NCBI GenBank assembly: GCA_964016885.1
Contig: OZ024740.1
Span: forward strand, 213,404,001-213,468,000
Origin: Eledone cirrhosa
Lineage: Eukaryota
DNA: 64,000 bases
Direction of reading: 5' to 3'
Shown: piece after piece, positions 15,221 through 32,200 of the stretch
How the letters are laid out: each line of letters opens with the position of its first letter
Numbering within the stretch: the first letter of the stretch is position 1
Notes under the pieces: model-generated
Database searches by the model: none
Told to the model about the DNA's origin: nothing
The model's input: only the letters and a program-made list of their open reading frames with translations
Made by a program: the position numbers and the translations under genes

Positions 15221-15310
15221 CCAATCTGAAGAGCAGATCGATAGTGGAGTTGGGTCCATAACTCCTGTGGATGACCTTGAGCCAATCCTCTGTGAAACGC
15301 GCGTAACAGG
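15221..15310 (+). ncRNA. Type I hammerhead motif (HHR5), stem I degenerate
   Basis: CTGAAGA-GCAGA...TCTGT-GAAAC-GCGC-GTA; palindromic stem III loop GCGC; stem I CCAAT/ACAGG only partly paired. Confidence 0.7.
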
Positions 15311-15360
15311 TCGATACACAATAAATATCACATACATATACACAAAACTTCCTCATTTTT

Positions 15361-15445
<85 letters not shown>

Positions 15446-15562
15446 CTAGAGAGAGAGAGCTAGAGCTAGTACCACAACAATTACCAAACCTTACTTGAGA
15501 ACTTGTTTCACCTAAATAGGATTTTCAACACTTATATATAGTTACTAATATAATACAGTACA

Positions 15563-15609
<47 letters not shown>

Positions 15610-15973
15610 GTTACTAGTATAATACAATATATAGTTATTAATATAATACAGTATGGGTTGTGTGTATACAATTTCTTGTTCCCATTAATAATTGAAATCC
15701 TGTCGCAACCATTTTCACAAAATGTGAATGGAACTGTAAACCGAGTGGAGTGGTCAAGAAATGAAGCTTTAGCTTTGACTAATTAAGCTACATACACATA
15801 TGCACACTCACACACATATATATATACATACATACATACATAATTGTTTTTGAAAGGTATAATTTGAAAATATGTAATAAATATACCAATATCTTTTAAA
15901 CTGAAGTTGCTAATAATTTTACTCAAATATTTTTTTTTTTTCAAACTAATGAAAAAAAATGCTTCTGGAATGG

Positions 15974-16007
<34 letters not shown>

Positions 16008-16011
<4 letters not shown>

Positions 16012-16226
16012 AGGGTGCTGAAAAGTACCTGGCTTTAAGTTGCTACAGAGACCTGGCTGAAGGCCCAAACCTCCTAGTTCTTTTCATAGGGTTTAGAAAA
16101 ACTGAAGGACAGCTGCAATAAGTGTGTGAATCTGAGAGGGGAATATGTTGAATAAAATCATGATTAATTGATCCTCCTAGTATTTTCTTTTACCCAAAGC
16201 CAGGAACTTTTCAGTGCCCCCTTGAA
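16008..16226. mobile_element. Mariner-derived MITE
   Basis: TIRs CAAGGGTGCTGAAAAGTACCTGGCTTT / AAAGCCAGGAACTTTTCAGTGCCCCCTTG after a (TA)n tract. Confidence 0.7.
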
Positions 16227-16465
16227 TATACATATATATATATGTATATACATACATACAGATATATTGAAAATTAACCTAGAGTTAGAAGCTTCAATGC
16301 ATGTAATTTTTGACTGCCAACTTTTTTCTGACCAAGGGCTTTTATGCCTAATTTGTTTGACTAATTTTCATAGTAAAAAAAATATATGCATTGAAGCTTG
16401 AAGCTTCTAACTCTAGATTAATTTTCAATAAATACATATCCACTTAATGCTTCTAGAAATAGATC

Positions 16466-16535
<70 letters not shown>

Positions 16536-16659
16536 TATTTATTTAGAGGAATGTCAAAGTTTATACTTAAACAATTCATTAGCAGTATATTTAGGAAAGA
16601 TTTCTAAACCATTTTACTCTCTCAGATACTTCTAATACATATATCCTTTAATTAAATAT

Positions 16660-17434
16660 TTAGAAAGCTCTGTTAATAGGAGCTTTCTTTGCAGACTCTT
16701 TTTTTATGTTGAGAACTCCATTAGAATCAGAATCTGCAAAATCTTGAACGAGACCAACATCTGACCAACTGGAGCTTTCAGAATCTGAATGACCAGCATT
16801 AGATTCTAAATGTTCAATATTCTTTTCAACATCATCTGAAAGGTTTGTAATCATTCTCTGGGGACATGGTGTAGAAACATTTTCGGATTCTTTTTCCAAA
16901 GGGATTTCATCATTTTTGGGGGTAAAGTCATTATTAGAACCATCAGTGGTTTGGTTAGCAGATAAAGCAGGGGCAATTGCATTACCATTATCAGCAGGAT
17001 CACAAAAAGCAACTAAATCGGGTTTAGCTCTGTCATTAGTAGTATTTGCTTCAACTTTAACTTTGGTGCCTGGTGATGGCACTGTAATGTTTGTATTGCT
17101 AGTTTTATTCTTATCAGATTTTTCTTTAGGAGATCTGAACATCATTAAATGGTGTTGGCGAGACATCTCACTTGCAGCACTGCTAGGAGGTTCACTGTCA
17201 CTATCCATTGTCGGAGAACCATCTGTTGGGCCTGCCACACACTGATTATCAATCATTTTCATACTTGCTTCAGATGAGAATGAGCCAGCCAAAGGAACCA
17301 AACTCTGAGAATCTTCTTTCTTTTGACTTTTATACAAGGGTACTGTTAAAGAAGACTGGTTGCTAATGTCGCTGTTATGATGTTGACTTGAATGACTCAG
17401 AACAGAAATACATTCAGGCGACGCATATGAAGAA
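16660..17434 (-). CDS. RUNDC3: RUNDC3 terminal coding exon (775 nt including stop)
   Basis: Acceptor ttcttttcag; phase matches the exon ending at 44877; KEDSQSLVPLAGSFSSEAS resembles the vertebrate RUNDC3 C-terminal motif as recalled; open to TAA at 16660. Confidence 0.82.
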
Positions 17435-18079
17435 CTGAAAAGAATAATAAAGAAAACAAAAGTTGAGACATTTCCAGTAAATTTTCAAACTTGAAGAATT
17501 TATTCTAAATATCACATTTTTGATAGTTTACAAAGAATGTAGCCTGATGTTTTGTAATATCTGGATATCTTGTATTGACCTTGTATAAGGACCTGTAAAC
17601 TATGGTTAGCACTAATCCAATAAAAAGAGAGAAACAAAATGAAAAAATTTATATATATTTCAAATAAAGAGTGGTGTGCTCAATGGTGGGGATGCTTTAA
17701 ATAACTTAAGGTGAAAACTTTTAGAGAAAAAAAAAAGGTATCATTGGCCACTTTGAGAAATCAAACCTTGTATTTCTCATTCTAAATATTAATTTTATCC
17801 CCTCAGCACTTCATAAAAGCCCAAGAGATTGGCTACATCACCATCATCATCGTTTAACGTCAATTTTCCACACTAACATGGATTAGATGGGTTGTCCCAT
17901 TAGAGGCAGGTGACCGTGTCTTGCTCATACAGAACTGTTTCTGGGTTGGTTTCTATGGCTGGATGCCCTTCCTAATGCCAACTACATTTACAGTGTGTGC
18001 TAGGTGCTTTTTGTCATGGCACCTACACGACCACTTTATTGAGTTGGTTGGGGACTTTTTGTTGTGTGACACCTACACA

Positions 18080-18120
<41 letters not shown>

Positions 18121-18150
18121 AAGAATTGCAGCTTTTTGTGAAACTGTATT

Positions 18151-18238
18151 TCATATTACAATTGTTTCTATATCGATCAGCTCGGGTTTGATCATGTAAT
18201 CGCCTCCCGACTCTTAATCAACACTTCTTCAGATATGA
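18151..18238 (-). ncRNA. Type I hammerhead motif (HHR3), sense to RUNDC3 pre-mRNA
   Basis: Minus strand: TCATAT-CTGAAGA-[long stem II]-GAAAC-AATT-GTA-ATATGA; perfect 6-bp stem I. Confidence 0.82.
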
Positions 18239-20061
18239 GGGTTTACATGGGTGGTCCCATCCAAACTGTAGGCATATGTCCTGTGTTCCTTTTATATACA
18301 TGTTATTGGATTAATGTAGGTGGGTGGGAGGCGGGAGTGAGTAATAATAATAATGAAATTATTGTGTACAGTGCTCAGATGCACTACAACTCATTAAAGG
18401 TGCATGTATAGTACATAGAATAATGTACAAATGTCAGTAAAATGAATGAACAGTGTATGAGTCATGAGATGGAGAACAGTAATTTTCAATATCACAGAAG
18501 TGATGAATCGTAAAGCTGATCAGTGGGAATGATATAGAATGTTTTTAGATGAAAGTATAAATAAAAAAATTGGGAAGAGCGAAAGGGAGAAAAAAAAAGG
18601 AGAAGCAACAGTTAAATATTAGCAGGAATTTGAAGGTCAGCCAGTATATTAAGGACAATGATAGCTAGGGCCATATTCCTATGAAAAATAATGGTAAGCA
18701 TATAACGAAGAAGATGTATATATATAGCCTGCTTTGTATCTCCCTATATATATACATGCTAGCTATAGTTAGGATTAGTACTTCAAGTAGTTGAGTTAGT
18801 TCTACTTTTTCATAATACATACAGGAATCGCAAACACAAGGTTCTAAAAACCTTCGCTAAGTACAAACCACTACATCCCTACAGACAACTGACACTGCAC
18901 ACCATGTCCGAACATGGAAGAGCTGAATTTGCATTGTCATCGTCTCCATCTCTCTCACCCTCCCCATCTCTCTGTATTATGAGCAAATGGGGTCCCATGT
19001 GCTGACATCCCCATGGCCCCGGCGGACAGAATGGAGAAGGCATTTTCCCAGAGGATGGTAAGGGAGATGCAGTTATAGCTTCTAATTGAATGGCAGGAAG
19101 TGTGGGTGGTGTGTTGGTGTAATGGTAGCACATTTGTCCAGCAAACTAAAGATATAGCAGGACTACCAACTGACCTAGCAGGACTGCTACAACACTCTTA
19201 CCAACTGACCTCCCAAGACCGCTAGAACAAGAGGATGGCAATGGTCATCTAAAACACACAGCACAATGAGGCTGTTTGCCTGCAAATGAATCAAATATTA
19301 TTATTATTTGATATAAAACTCAAATACATTTATGTATCTACTATTTTAGAGTGAAAACCAAATTCTTATTCTGTTATTTTCATTTATCATTTAACTCTTT
19401 CATTTCTATATTTCTAATAAAAGACATTGCCTGGGATTTTCTAGTGAATTTTGAAAATAATCAAGAATTTTGAGGGATTAAGTTAAATAATTGACTTTCT
19501 CATTATTAGGCTAGTATTTAGAACATAACTTATAGTTTCTTATATAAAATTATAATTGTGGCGAAACATGCTACGGGTAGAGCATTTCCAGGTGTAATAG
19601 TTATTATTGGATGGTTAGTACATTTTAATTTATTCTTTTAATTGATCTGTATTCTCCATTCCTTTCGTAGACAATATGTCTTTCACTCTGGTGGTTTTCT
19701 ACCCCGTATAATTAAACACATACCTCTTTGTGTATTTTTCTCTATATACTGTTTTATAAAGAGCCCAGAATCTATTCCTTTGAGCTCATTAAATTATAGA
19801 GGATTAATGTGAGTTTCTAACTCCGTTTTTTGATTATATATAAGGGATAACAAAATATCGTTATAGGTAATCCAGTTAGAGGTTGTGGATACTTCGTATT
19901 GTGGATAGTTTTAGCGTACAGCGTTGTTTAACTCAACAAGGGGTTTACGTAGGTGGCGAGTTTATGAGTTCTCTTGCATTCCTATGTAAGTTTATCTTGG
20001 AGTAATAATATTGAAAGAGTGAAGAATAACATGGTCAACATTACAAAAAAGGGTTTTATTT

Positions 20062-20175
20062 ACAGTCTAACAATTGTTTCACTGATTAAGTTGTCTAAAA
20101 ATTGCTGAACACTTGAAGCTGTGCCACTCAATTTTAAATACATTGTTAGCTTAACCAGATCATCAGAGAAACTGT
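20062..20175 (-). ncRNA. Type I hammerhead motif (HHR4), sense to RUNDC3 pre-mRNA
   Basis: Minus strand: ACAGT(TT)CT-CTGATGA-T-CTGGTTAAG...CTTAATCAG-T-GAAAC-AATT-GTT-AGACTGT. Confidence 0.78.
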
Positions 20176-20716
20176 TAAAATATGTTCAGTTTTCACAAAT
20201 TCAAATTACAACATCATTAATGATGTAATTTTAAAGTGATGATATATTTTTTACATGATGGAAGTGTTATTTTGCAATTTAAGAAGATACAAATGGTGTT
20301 ATATAAAAAAGGATCAGTTGATAAGATCCCAGACCTCATTACTGTGTGGGGTGGAACTTGTCAAATTAGATCAAGGAAATAATGTTTCTATTGGTCTTTC
20401 CATTGCTGATACTATCTACCGGTCACAACTGGGAGAAAGAGTAGCATGAAATAAAGTAAGTGTCTTGCTCAAGGGCACAATGCATCACCCTGCCCAGGAA
20501 TCAAATCCAATTCCCTAACCACTAAACCATGTGCCTTCATAATTAGTACTTAGTAGTATTTTTCTTTCTTTCCTCCTGTTGACTGGTTTTAAAAGTTGAA
20601 GCCACACAAAGGGCCAAGAGGATTTTTCAGTTAGTATGATAAAATCAGCTAAAATTGCAGAGAGGGAATTATCACACAATATTTTCAAAGATCCACTAGT
20701 AACAAAAACAAAAATA

Positions 20717-21150
20717 TTTACCCTTTAGCATTCACATTACTCTATATTTACAATAGTATTTTTGCAGAAAATGCTTTAACTCGCATAATATCAAATCTCT
20801 GAGATGTTGATGATGTTAGTTATTTTGAGAACAATGCCTTAAGTATGAGTGGCCAGTTACAGCCGGTTTAAACAGAAAGAGGTGAGAGAATTTTGGCCAG
20901 TTACAGCCGGTTTAAACAGAAAGAGGTGAGAGAATTTTGGCCAGTTACAGCCGGTTTAAACAGGAAGAGGTGAGAGAATTTTGGCCAGTTACAGCCGGTT
21001 TAAACAGAAAGAGGTGAGAGAATTTTGGCCAGTTACAGCCGGTTTAAACTGAAAGAGGTGAGAGAATTCTGGCTAGTTACAGCCGGTTTAAACAGAAAGA
21101 GGTGAGAGAATTCTGGCCAGTTACAGCTGGTTTAAATGTTAAAGGGTTAA
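20717..21150. mobile_element. piggyBac-like MITE with an internal 44-bp tandem expansion (20851-21137); other copies near 29780-29982, 43903-44025, 49262-49345, 53184-53405, 53623-53840
   Basis: Termini CCCTTTAGCATT ... AATGTTAAAGGG-TTAA; unit GGCCAGTTACAGCCGGTTTAAACAGAAAGAGGTGAGAGAATTTT about 6.5 times. Confidence 0.72.
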
Positions 21151-21504
21151 ACAACTGATGATATTGTAAAAATAGATTACTTATACTTAAAATAGAGTCA
21201 TGTAAATTATGGTTAAAATATAATTTAATAGGTCACATTTCCATTTTACATACATTTATAATTATACCATATATTTTGAATTATATATGTATGTATGTTT
21301 ATATACATATATATTTATATATGTATATATATGTGTGTGTGTGTGAGTGTATATATATATATATATATCGTCATCATCGTCAAACGTCTATCTTCCATGC
21401 TAGCATGGGTTAAACAGAAATTGTCCCACTTGAGACAAGATTAGGACTGTCTGGCAGGCTTTCTACGGCTGGATACCCTTCCTAACACCAACCACATTTA
21501 CAGT

Positions 21505-22870
<1,366 letters not shown>

Positions 22871-22887
22871 TCGTTTCTGAATTTGTT

Positions 22888-23087
22888 NNNNNNNNNNNNN
22901 NNNNNNNNNNNNNNNNNNNNNNNNNNNNNNNNNNNNNNNNNNNNNNNNNNNNNNNNNNNNNNNNNNNNNNNNNNNNNNNNNNNNNNNNNNNNNNNNNNNN
23001 NNNNNNNNNNNNNNNNNNNNNNNNNNNNNNNNNNNNNNNNNNNNNNNNNNNNNNNNNNNNNNNNNNNNNNNNNNNNNNNNNNNNNNN
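22888..23087. other. Assembly gap (200 N)
   Basis: Run of exactly 200 N. Confidence 1.
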
Positions 23088-26535
<3,448 letters not shown>

Positions 26536-26537
26536 AT

Positions 26538-26871
26538 GGAGGCACATGGCTTAGTGGTTCGAGCATTGGCCTGGCAATCGAAAGGTTGTGAGTTCAATTC
26601 TCAGACCGGGTGATGTGTTGTTTCCTTGAGCAAGACACTTTATTTCACATTGCTCCAGTTTACTCAGCTGTAGAAATGAGATGATAGGGACTGGGGTCCA
26701 TATCATTCCACTGCAAAGTGGTCGTGGAGGTGCCACGGCAAAAAAGCACTCAGCACTCACTGTAAATGAGGTTGGTGTTAGGAAGGGCATCCAGCTGTAG
26801 AAATCAAGCCAGAATCAGTTCCCGTCCCACCCTTGCAAGCAGGGAAAAAGCGGACTTAAAACGAAATGACG
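26538..26871 (+). mobile_element. tRNA-headed SINE with RTE-derived 3' tail (partial copies near 20450-20540, 33230-33315, 34830-34932, 35150-35262, 45105-45330, 51990-52090)
   Basis: A box TGGCTTAGTGG, B box GTTCAATTC, central CCTTGAGCAAGACACTT, tail CCCGTCCCACCCTTGCAAGCAGGGAAAA as in LINE family A. Confidence 0.8.
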
Positions 26872-26878
26872 AAAAAAA

Positions 26879-26914
<36 letters not shown>

Positions 26915-26985
26915 ATATATATATATATTACATCCACATATATATATATATATATGTGTGTATATATATATACATATATTATATC

Positions 26986-27056
<71 letters not shown>

Positions 27057-27114
27057 CCATATATATATATATATATATATATGTAAATATATATGTAAAT
27101 ATATATATATGCAA

Positions 27115-27192
<78 letters not shown>

Positions 27193-27679
27193 TATAAAAA
27201 TGAAAGTGGTGATGATGATGATCTTCAATCCTTTAAATAGTAAACAAACATAACTACTGAAACTAAACAATATATATCATGTAGAAACCAAGCGAAAGTC
27301 AGTTCTGTATGTGCAAGACATGGTCACCTGACCTAGCATTGCCTACAATAGGACAACTCATCTAACCCATGCTAGCTTGGAGAAATGGATGTAAAACAAT
27401 GATGATGATGATGATATATATATACATACACATATATTCATACATATGCACACACACACATATATATATATATAAATATATACACACACACAAACCTTTT
27501 ACAGCACAGTGTCTGACACGGTTCAACACCCCAAGATCAACTTTTAATATTTCTTCCTATGTCTCCCGCTTCTGGAAATTCTTTCCTCTTGGATTTCTTG
27601 GTACATCTTTACCCACTCAATTGTCCTCCACACCACATGTCGCTATCAGTGTAGTCTCCTCTTTTGCACTCTGTAGTGT

Positions 27680-28061
27680 TACAAGGTGTGTCAGAAAAGT
27701 TACATGACTTCACCATGACAATGTGCTGGCTCAGACACCCTCAGCATCTGGCAGTTCCTTGTTGAGAAGAACATCGCCATGCTGGAGCAACCTCACTTCT
27801 TCCCTGACCTGGCTCTATGTGATCTGTTCCTTCACCCCAAGCTCAAATTGGTCATCAAGGGGACCAGACGTGGAAGCCATCAAGAGGGCCCTAATAACGG
27901 AGCTGCAGAGAATCCCATGAGAATTTTTCCAGAAGTGCACGGAGAAGGATGGGAAAATGTGTTAGACTCAAGGGGGATTATTTCAAAGGGGAAAAATTTG
28001 TAGTTTGGAATAAAAATATTTTTTGTGACACCAGTCCTGTTTCTTTTCTGACACACCTGAT
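27680..28061 (+). mobile_element. Internally deleted mariner element
   Basis: TIRs CAAGGTGTGTCAGAAAAG / CTTTTCTGACACACCTG; remnants HHDN and LEQP..PDLALCDLFL.PKLK of the mariner YSPDLAP-type block. Confidence 0.85.
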
Positions 28062-28502
28062 ATAGTGACTTGGTTGCCCAGCAAGTAAAAGATATGTGGC
28101 TCGTATCTAGTTAGTAAAACTGTTTCTCTATTGGTTTTTATATTGTCTTATACCATTTACAGGCAACAAATTGGCAGAATTGTTAGAAAATTGGATAGAA
28201 TGCTTTGTAGTATTTATTTCAGTTCTCTGCTCTTTCAATTCAAATCCTGCCAAGGTCAACTTTGCCTTTTATCCTTTTGAGGTTGATAAAAAAGTACCAG
28301 TCTAATACTAGGGTCGATTCTTCCTCTATATCTCTTTCTCACTCTTTCTATCCTTCTCTGGTAGAAATCTGCTGTATACAGACCTGGAGAGGAGATGAAC
28401 TCTGCCAGATTTTAAAATGCCCTAGAATCACAGTATGTCACTACGGCAACCCTATGACTTCTTCAGAAGTTACAGGACCATGAATACAATATAATTTACA
28501 TT

Positions 28503-28690
28503 TGGATTGGCAGTATCGGTACAGGGTCAGACGCCATGCTTTGACGCATAGAGTTACGGCCCTTGCCATTCTGAGTTCAAATCCCACCAAGGTTAACTTT
28601 GCCTTTCATCTTTACGGGGTCGATAAAATAAAGTACTAGTAATACACTGGGATAATTGCTGGCCTTGTGCCAAAAGTAGAAACAATTATA
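28503..28690 (+). mobile_element. Octopus OR-type SINE (copies near 6690-6830 -, 28160-28320 +, 29400-29600 +, 49025-49125 -, 50255-50440 +, 56402-56585 -)
   Basis: TTCTGAGTTCAAATCC..AGGTTAACTTTGCCTTTCATC.TTACGGGGTCGATAAAATAAAGTAC core, recognised from memory of octopus SINEs. Confidence 0.75.
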
Positions 28691-28794
28691 TTAGTAGTGG
28701 ATTCATTCTTATTAAATTTTAATAATACAAAATATATAACTAACCAAATCAAAGTAGAAAAAAAAAAAACAATATCTAGAATTTTTGTAGAGTA

Positions 28795-29290
28795 ATAACA
28801 AGAGGTGTAAGTATTCCAGCCTACACCATACCAGAGTAATAACAAGAACTGTAGGTATTCCAGCCTATACCACTAATAACAAGAGGTGTAGGTATTCCAG
28901 CCTACCCCACAGTAGAGTAATAACAATAACTGTAGGTATTCCAGCCTATACCACTGATAACAAGAGGTGTAGGTATTCCAGCCTATACCACTAATAACAA
29001 GAGGTGTAGGTATTCCAGCCTATACCACTAATAACAAGAGGTGTAGGTATTCCAGCCTATACCACTGATAACAAGAGGTGTAGGTATTCCAGCCTATACC
29101 ACTGATAACAAGAGGTGTAGGTATTCCAGCCTATACCACTGATAACAAGAGGTGTAGGTATTCCAGCCTATACCACTGATAACAAGAGGTGTAGGTATTC
29201 CAGCCTATACCACTGATAACAAGAGGTGTAGGTATTCCAGCCTATACCACTGATAACAAGAGGTGTAGGTATTCCAGCCTACACCAAAGT
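28795..29290. repeat. 37-bp minisatellite, about 13 copies (TAACAAGAGGTGTAGGTATTCCAGCCTATACCACTGA)
   Basis: Tandem units read directly; each unit has the hairpin GGTGTAGG/CCTATACC. Confidence 0.92.
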
Positions 29291-32200
29291 AGAATAATAT
29301 AAAGAACTGTATTCCAGACTATATCACATTTTATGAATTTCAGACATAGAAACAGCCATATACCACATGGTTATACCTTATCACATACATTATGTTGTCC
29401 TTGGTAGAGCATTAGACAACATGCTTCATGGCATATAGTTATGGTCCTTTATATTCTGAGTTCAAATCCTGCTGAAGTTAGCTTTACCTTTCACCCTTAC
29501 GGGGTCAATAAGATATAGCATCACTAACACCCTTAGGTCAATCTATTTGACTTTTCTCTCTTCTCTTCAAATTGCAGACATTGTGCCAAATGTAAAAACA
29601 ATTGCACCAATGTGTAGTCATCCAGCAAATGTGTGTCTTTCACTCCCATCTTTTTCCATTCAGTGGGTTTATACCCCCCCCCCCCCCATTACTAGACTAT
29701 ATTATGTAGTTAATGTTATGGTGATGCTTCTATTTCTATTACAATTGTAGAAACATTTATTTGGTCAGTTAATCTTCTTGACCCTTTAGCATTTACATTA
29801 CTCTATATATATTATTGTATTTTTGTAGTAAAGGTTTTATCCCACATAATATCAAATCTGAGATTCTGATGTTATTTATTTTGAGAACAATACCTTAACA
29901 TCAGTATGAGTGGCCAGTTACAGCTAGTTTGAACAGAAAGAGGTGAGAGAATTCTGGCCAGTTTAAGGGGTAAAGGGTTAAAATAATAATTATCAAGTTG
30001 CGATGATTACTATTTTGCAATAGGAAAGGTATTTAGTTGTAAAACATAATTACTCCAACAAATTCATAGAAATGATGTGATTTGTAGAGGCAATAAACTT
30101 CATGCCAATGTGGAACAATAGATGAAAACATTTGAGAGAAAAAGAGAGAAAAATTCTGATAGACTTTAAAAACCAAATTCAAATAATAAAAAAAGAAAAA
30201 CACAAGAAATATTTTATTGAAAGCGTCAGTGAAACCTACGTTCATTTGATAACTGAAGTCCCTGACTCCATATATTGCCAAAAAAGATGAAATTCTGAGT
30301 TGAAGAACAGATATAAGAAAATAACTTACTTATATGACTATTACAGTTGTAATACTTCCTTTGACTGACAGAAGAATAAAGTAAAAAAGAATATAACTAA
30401 TGTCCCTACAACAAAATATTGGTAGCTTATATTAGTACCAGAGATAAATATTTGTATCTTCAACAATTTTTACATTTATTTCTATTTTTACCTCCTCTCG
30501 GGCCTCGAATAATCGACCCCCACCCCCCGTTCATTGATTTTTTAGATTTTATTCCATCAACCCCCCCCCCTTATTAAATTTTACTAATCTTCTCCAGTGA
30601 AATTTTATTTTAAATGGTAGCATTCCTGCGACAATTTTGTTTATACAATAAAAGACATTATATATGTCAAAAAAAGAACATTACTAGAAATCTCATATGT
30701 TATAAAATAAATAGGATGGGTTGGGGTCTCAATATGTAAACTAAATGACTAATTCTGGTTTTTAAAAAAATAACGGAGACAACCTAGATCCCCTCCCCTC
30801 ACACTTATTCCCCCCCCCCACATATCTGGGACCCGAGAGTATGTTTTATTATATGAAAAGAAACACAAAAACAATATCAATGTAACTAAAGTCCCTTAAA
30901 AATATACAAAGAAAAAAACAAAAGTACCAGACAATCCAATGTGAGAACAGAAACAATACTGACCAAAATTGTTCTTTATTCAGCCTGAAGAGATTCGAAT
31001 AAGATTCAGCAATATGTTAAAGTAGGTATTTCAATTTCATTTTTTGAACTGATTAATCCCCGAGCTGTGAAAGAAGAGTTCTACAGTGTTCTGGTTAAAA
31101 AAAATGCAAGATGTTTCTTGTTATGAGATAATTTGTAAGAAATAATTCCAAGATAAGCCAAAATGTAAAAAAGAAATAATAGAAGAAAAACAAGAAGGAC
31201 AATAGTTTGAAATATGACAGTTTTATAGATTATTTTAATATTTTACAAGACATTTGGTGGAGTTAGGTTGCTGACAGCAAAGTTCTTGTCATTGCTGGCA
31301 GCTCACCTTACTGAGGTGTCAGGTGATGCCTATGAAGGTGCTTGGTTGTTTCAGCAACTTGGCCTCACCTTACTGAGGTGTCAGGTGATGCCTATGAAGG
31401 TGCTTGGTTGTTTCAGCACCTTAGTTTCACCATCACTTCACCTTACTGAGGTGCCAGGTGATGCATGTAAGGGTGCCTGGTTGTTTCAGCGCCATCACCC
31501 GTTGTAATGTTGTGAGTCTTGCCTCAAAATATTCCATTGACCCTTATGATGTGTGACCAATTGTCACACTTGGTGGTGAATTGATGGTTGTTTTGTTTAA
31601 TCTTATATATTTGTTAAGTATTGTTTATATTATTTGTATCTATTTTCATTTTGTAATGTTATACAATTGTGAATACATTTAATCTAGTTTTCTCTAGAAC
31701 AGTGTTTTGGACCAGAAGTGCTGCAGTCTTCTAGATTACCAATAGTTAGGCTTTAGCATGTTAAAAAGTTGTCATTATTATTAACTAATTTATTCAGATT
31801 ACAATCCACATCTTGGTTGTTATAATCACACAAACTTGTAGCAACTTTAAAGCTTTCCTTGTTTTCCATTTTTCTCATTTTTTCTTTTCTTTTATGCTTA
31901 TTCTTCCTCCAGTTGGCTTTCCCTATCTCATATTTTTTTGTTTTTATTTTATTTCATATTCACTTATTTCTGTCTATCTTGCTTTTTGTTTCTCAACTGT
32001 AAGTACTAAATACTTTCCCCTAGTCTGTCATGATTTACTAGCTCTATACAGACGTTTAAATTGATTAAATAAATAAATAAAATGCTTCAGCCACTACACA
32101 CTCTGATGGTCTTCAGATGCCTGTCATATTCAATAACATTTTTTGGAATTTTGAAATGAATACAATAGGCACCTGAAGACGGCTGAATTGTGAAGATAGT

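Noticed and set aside
16916-17245. 109-aa plus-strand ORF
   Set aside because: Antisense shadow of the RUNDC3 terminal exon
26538-26610. tRNA gene
   Set aside because: A and B boxes belong to a SINE head; no complete cloverleaf, followed by SINE body
28795-29290. 37-bp hairpin-containing repeat as a CRISPR array
   Set aside because: Units are head-to-tail with no unique spacers, no cas genes, eukaryotic intron
30330-30364. 35-nt segment with strong splice signals on the minus strand
   Set aside because: Shifts the frame relative to the terminal exon; no compensating exon found, although a poison exon cannot be excluded
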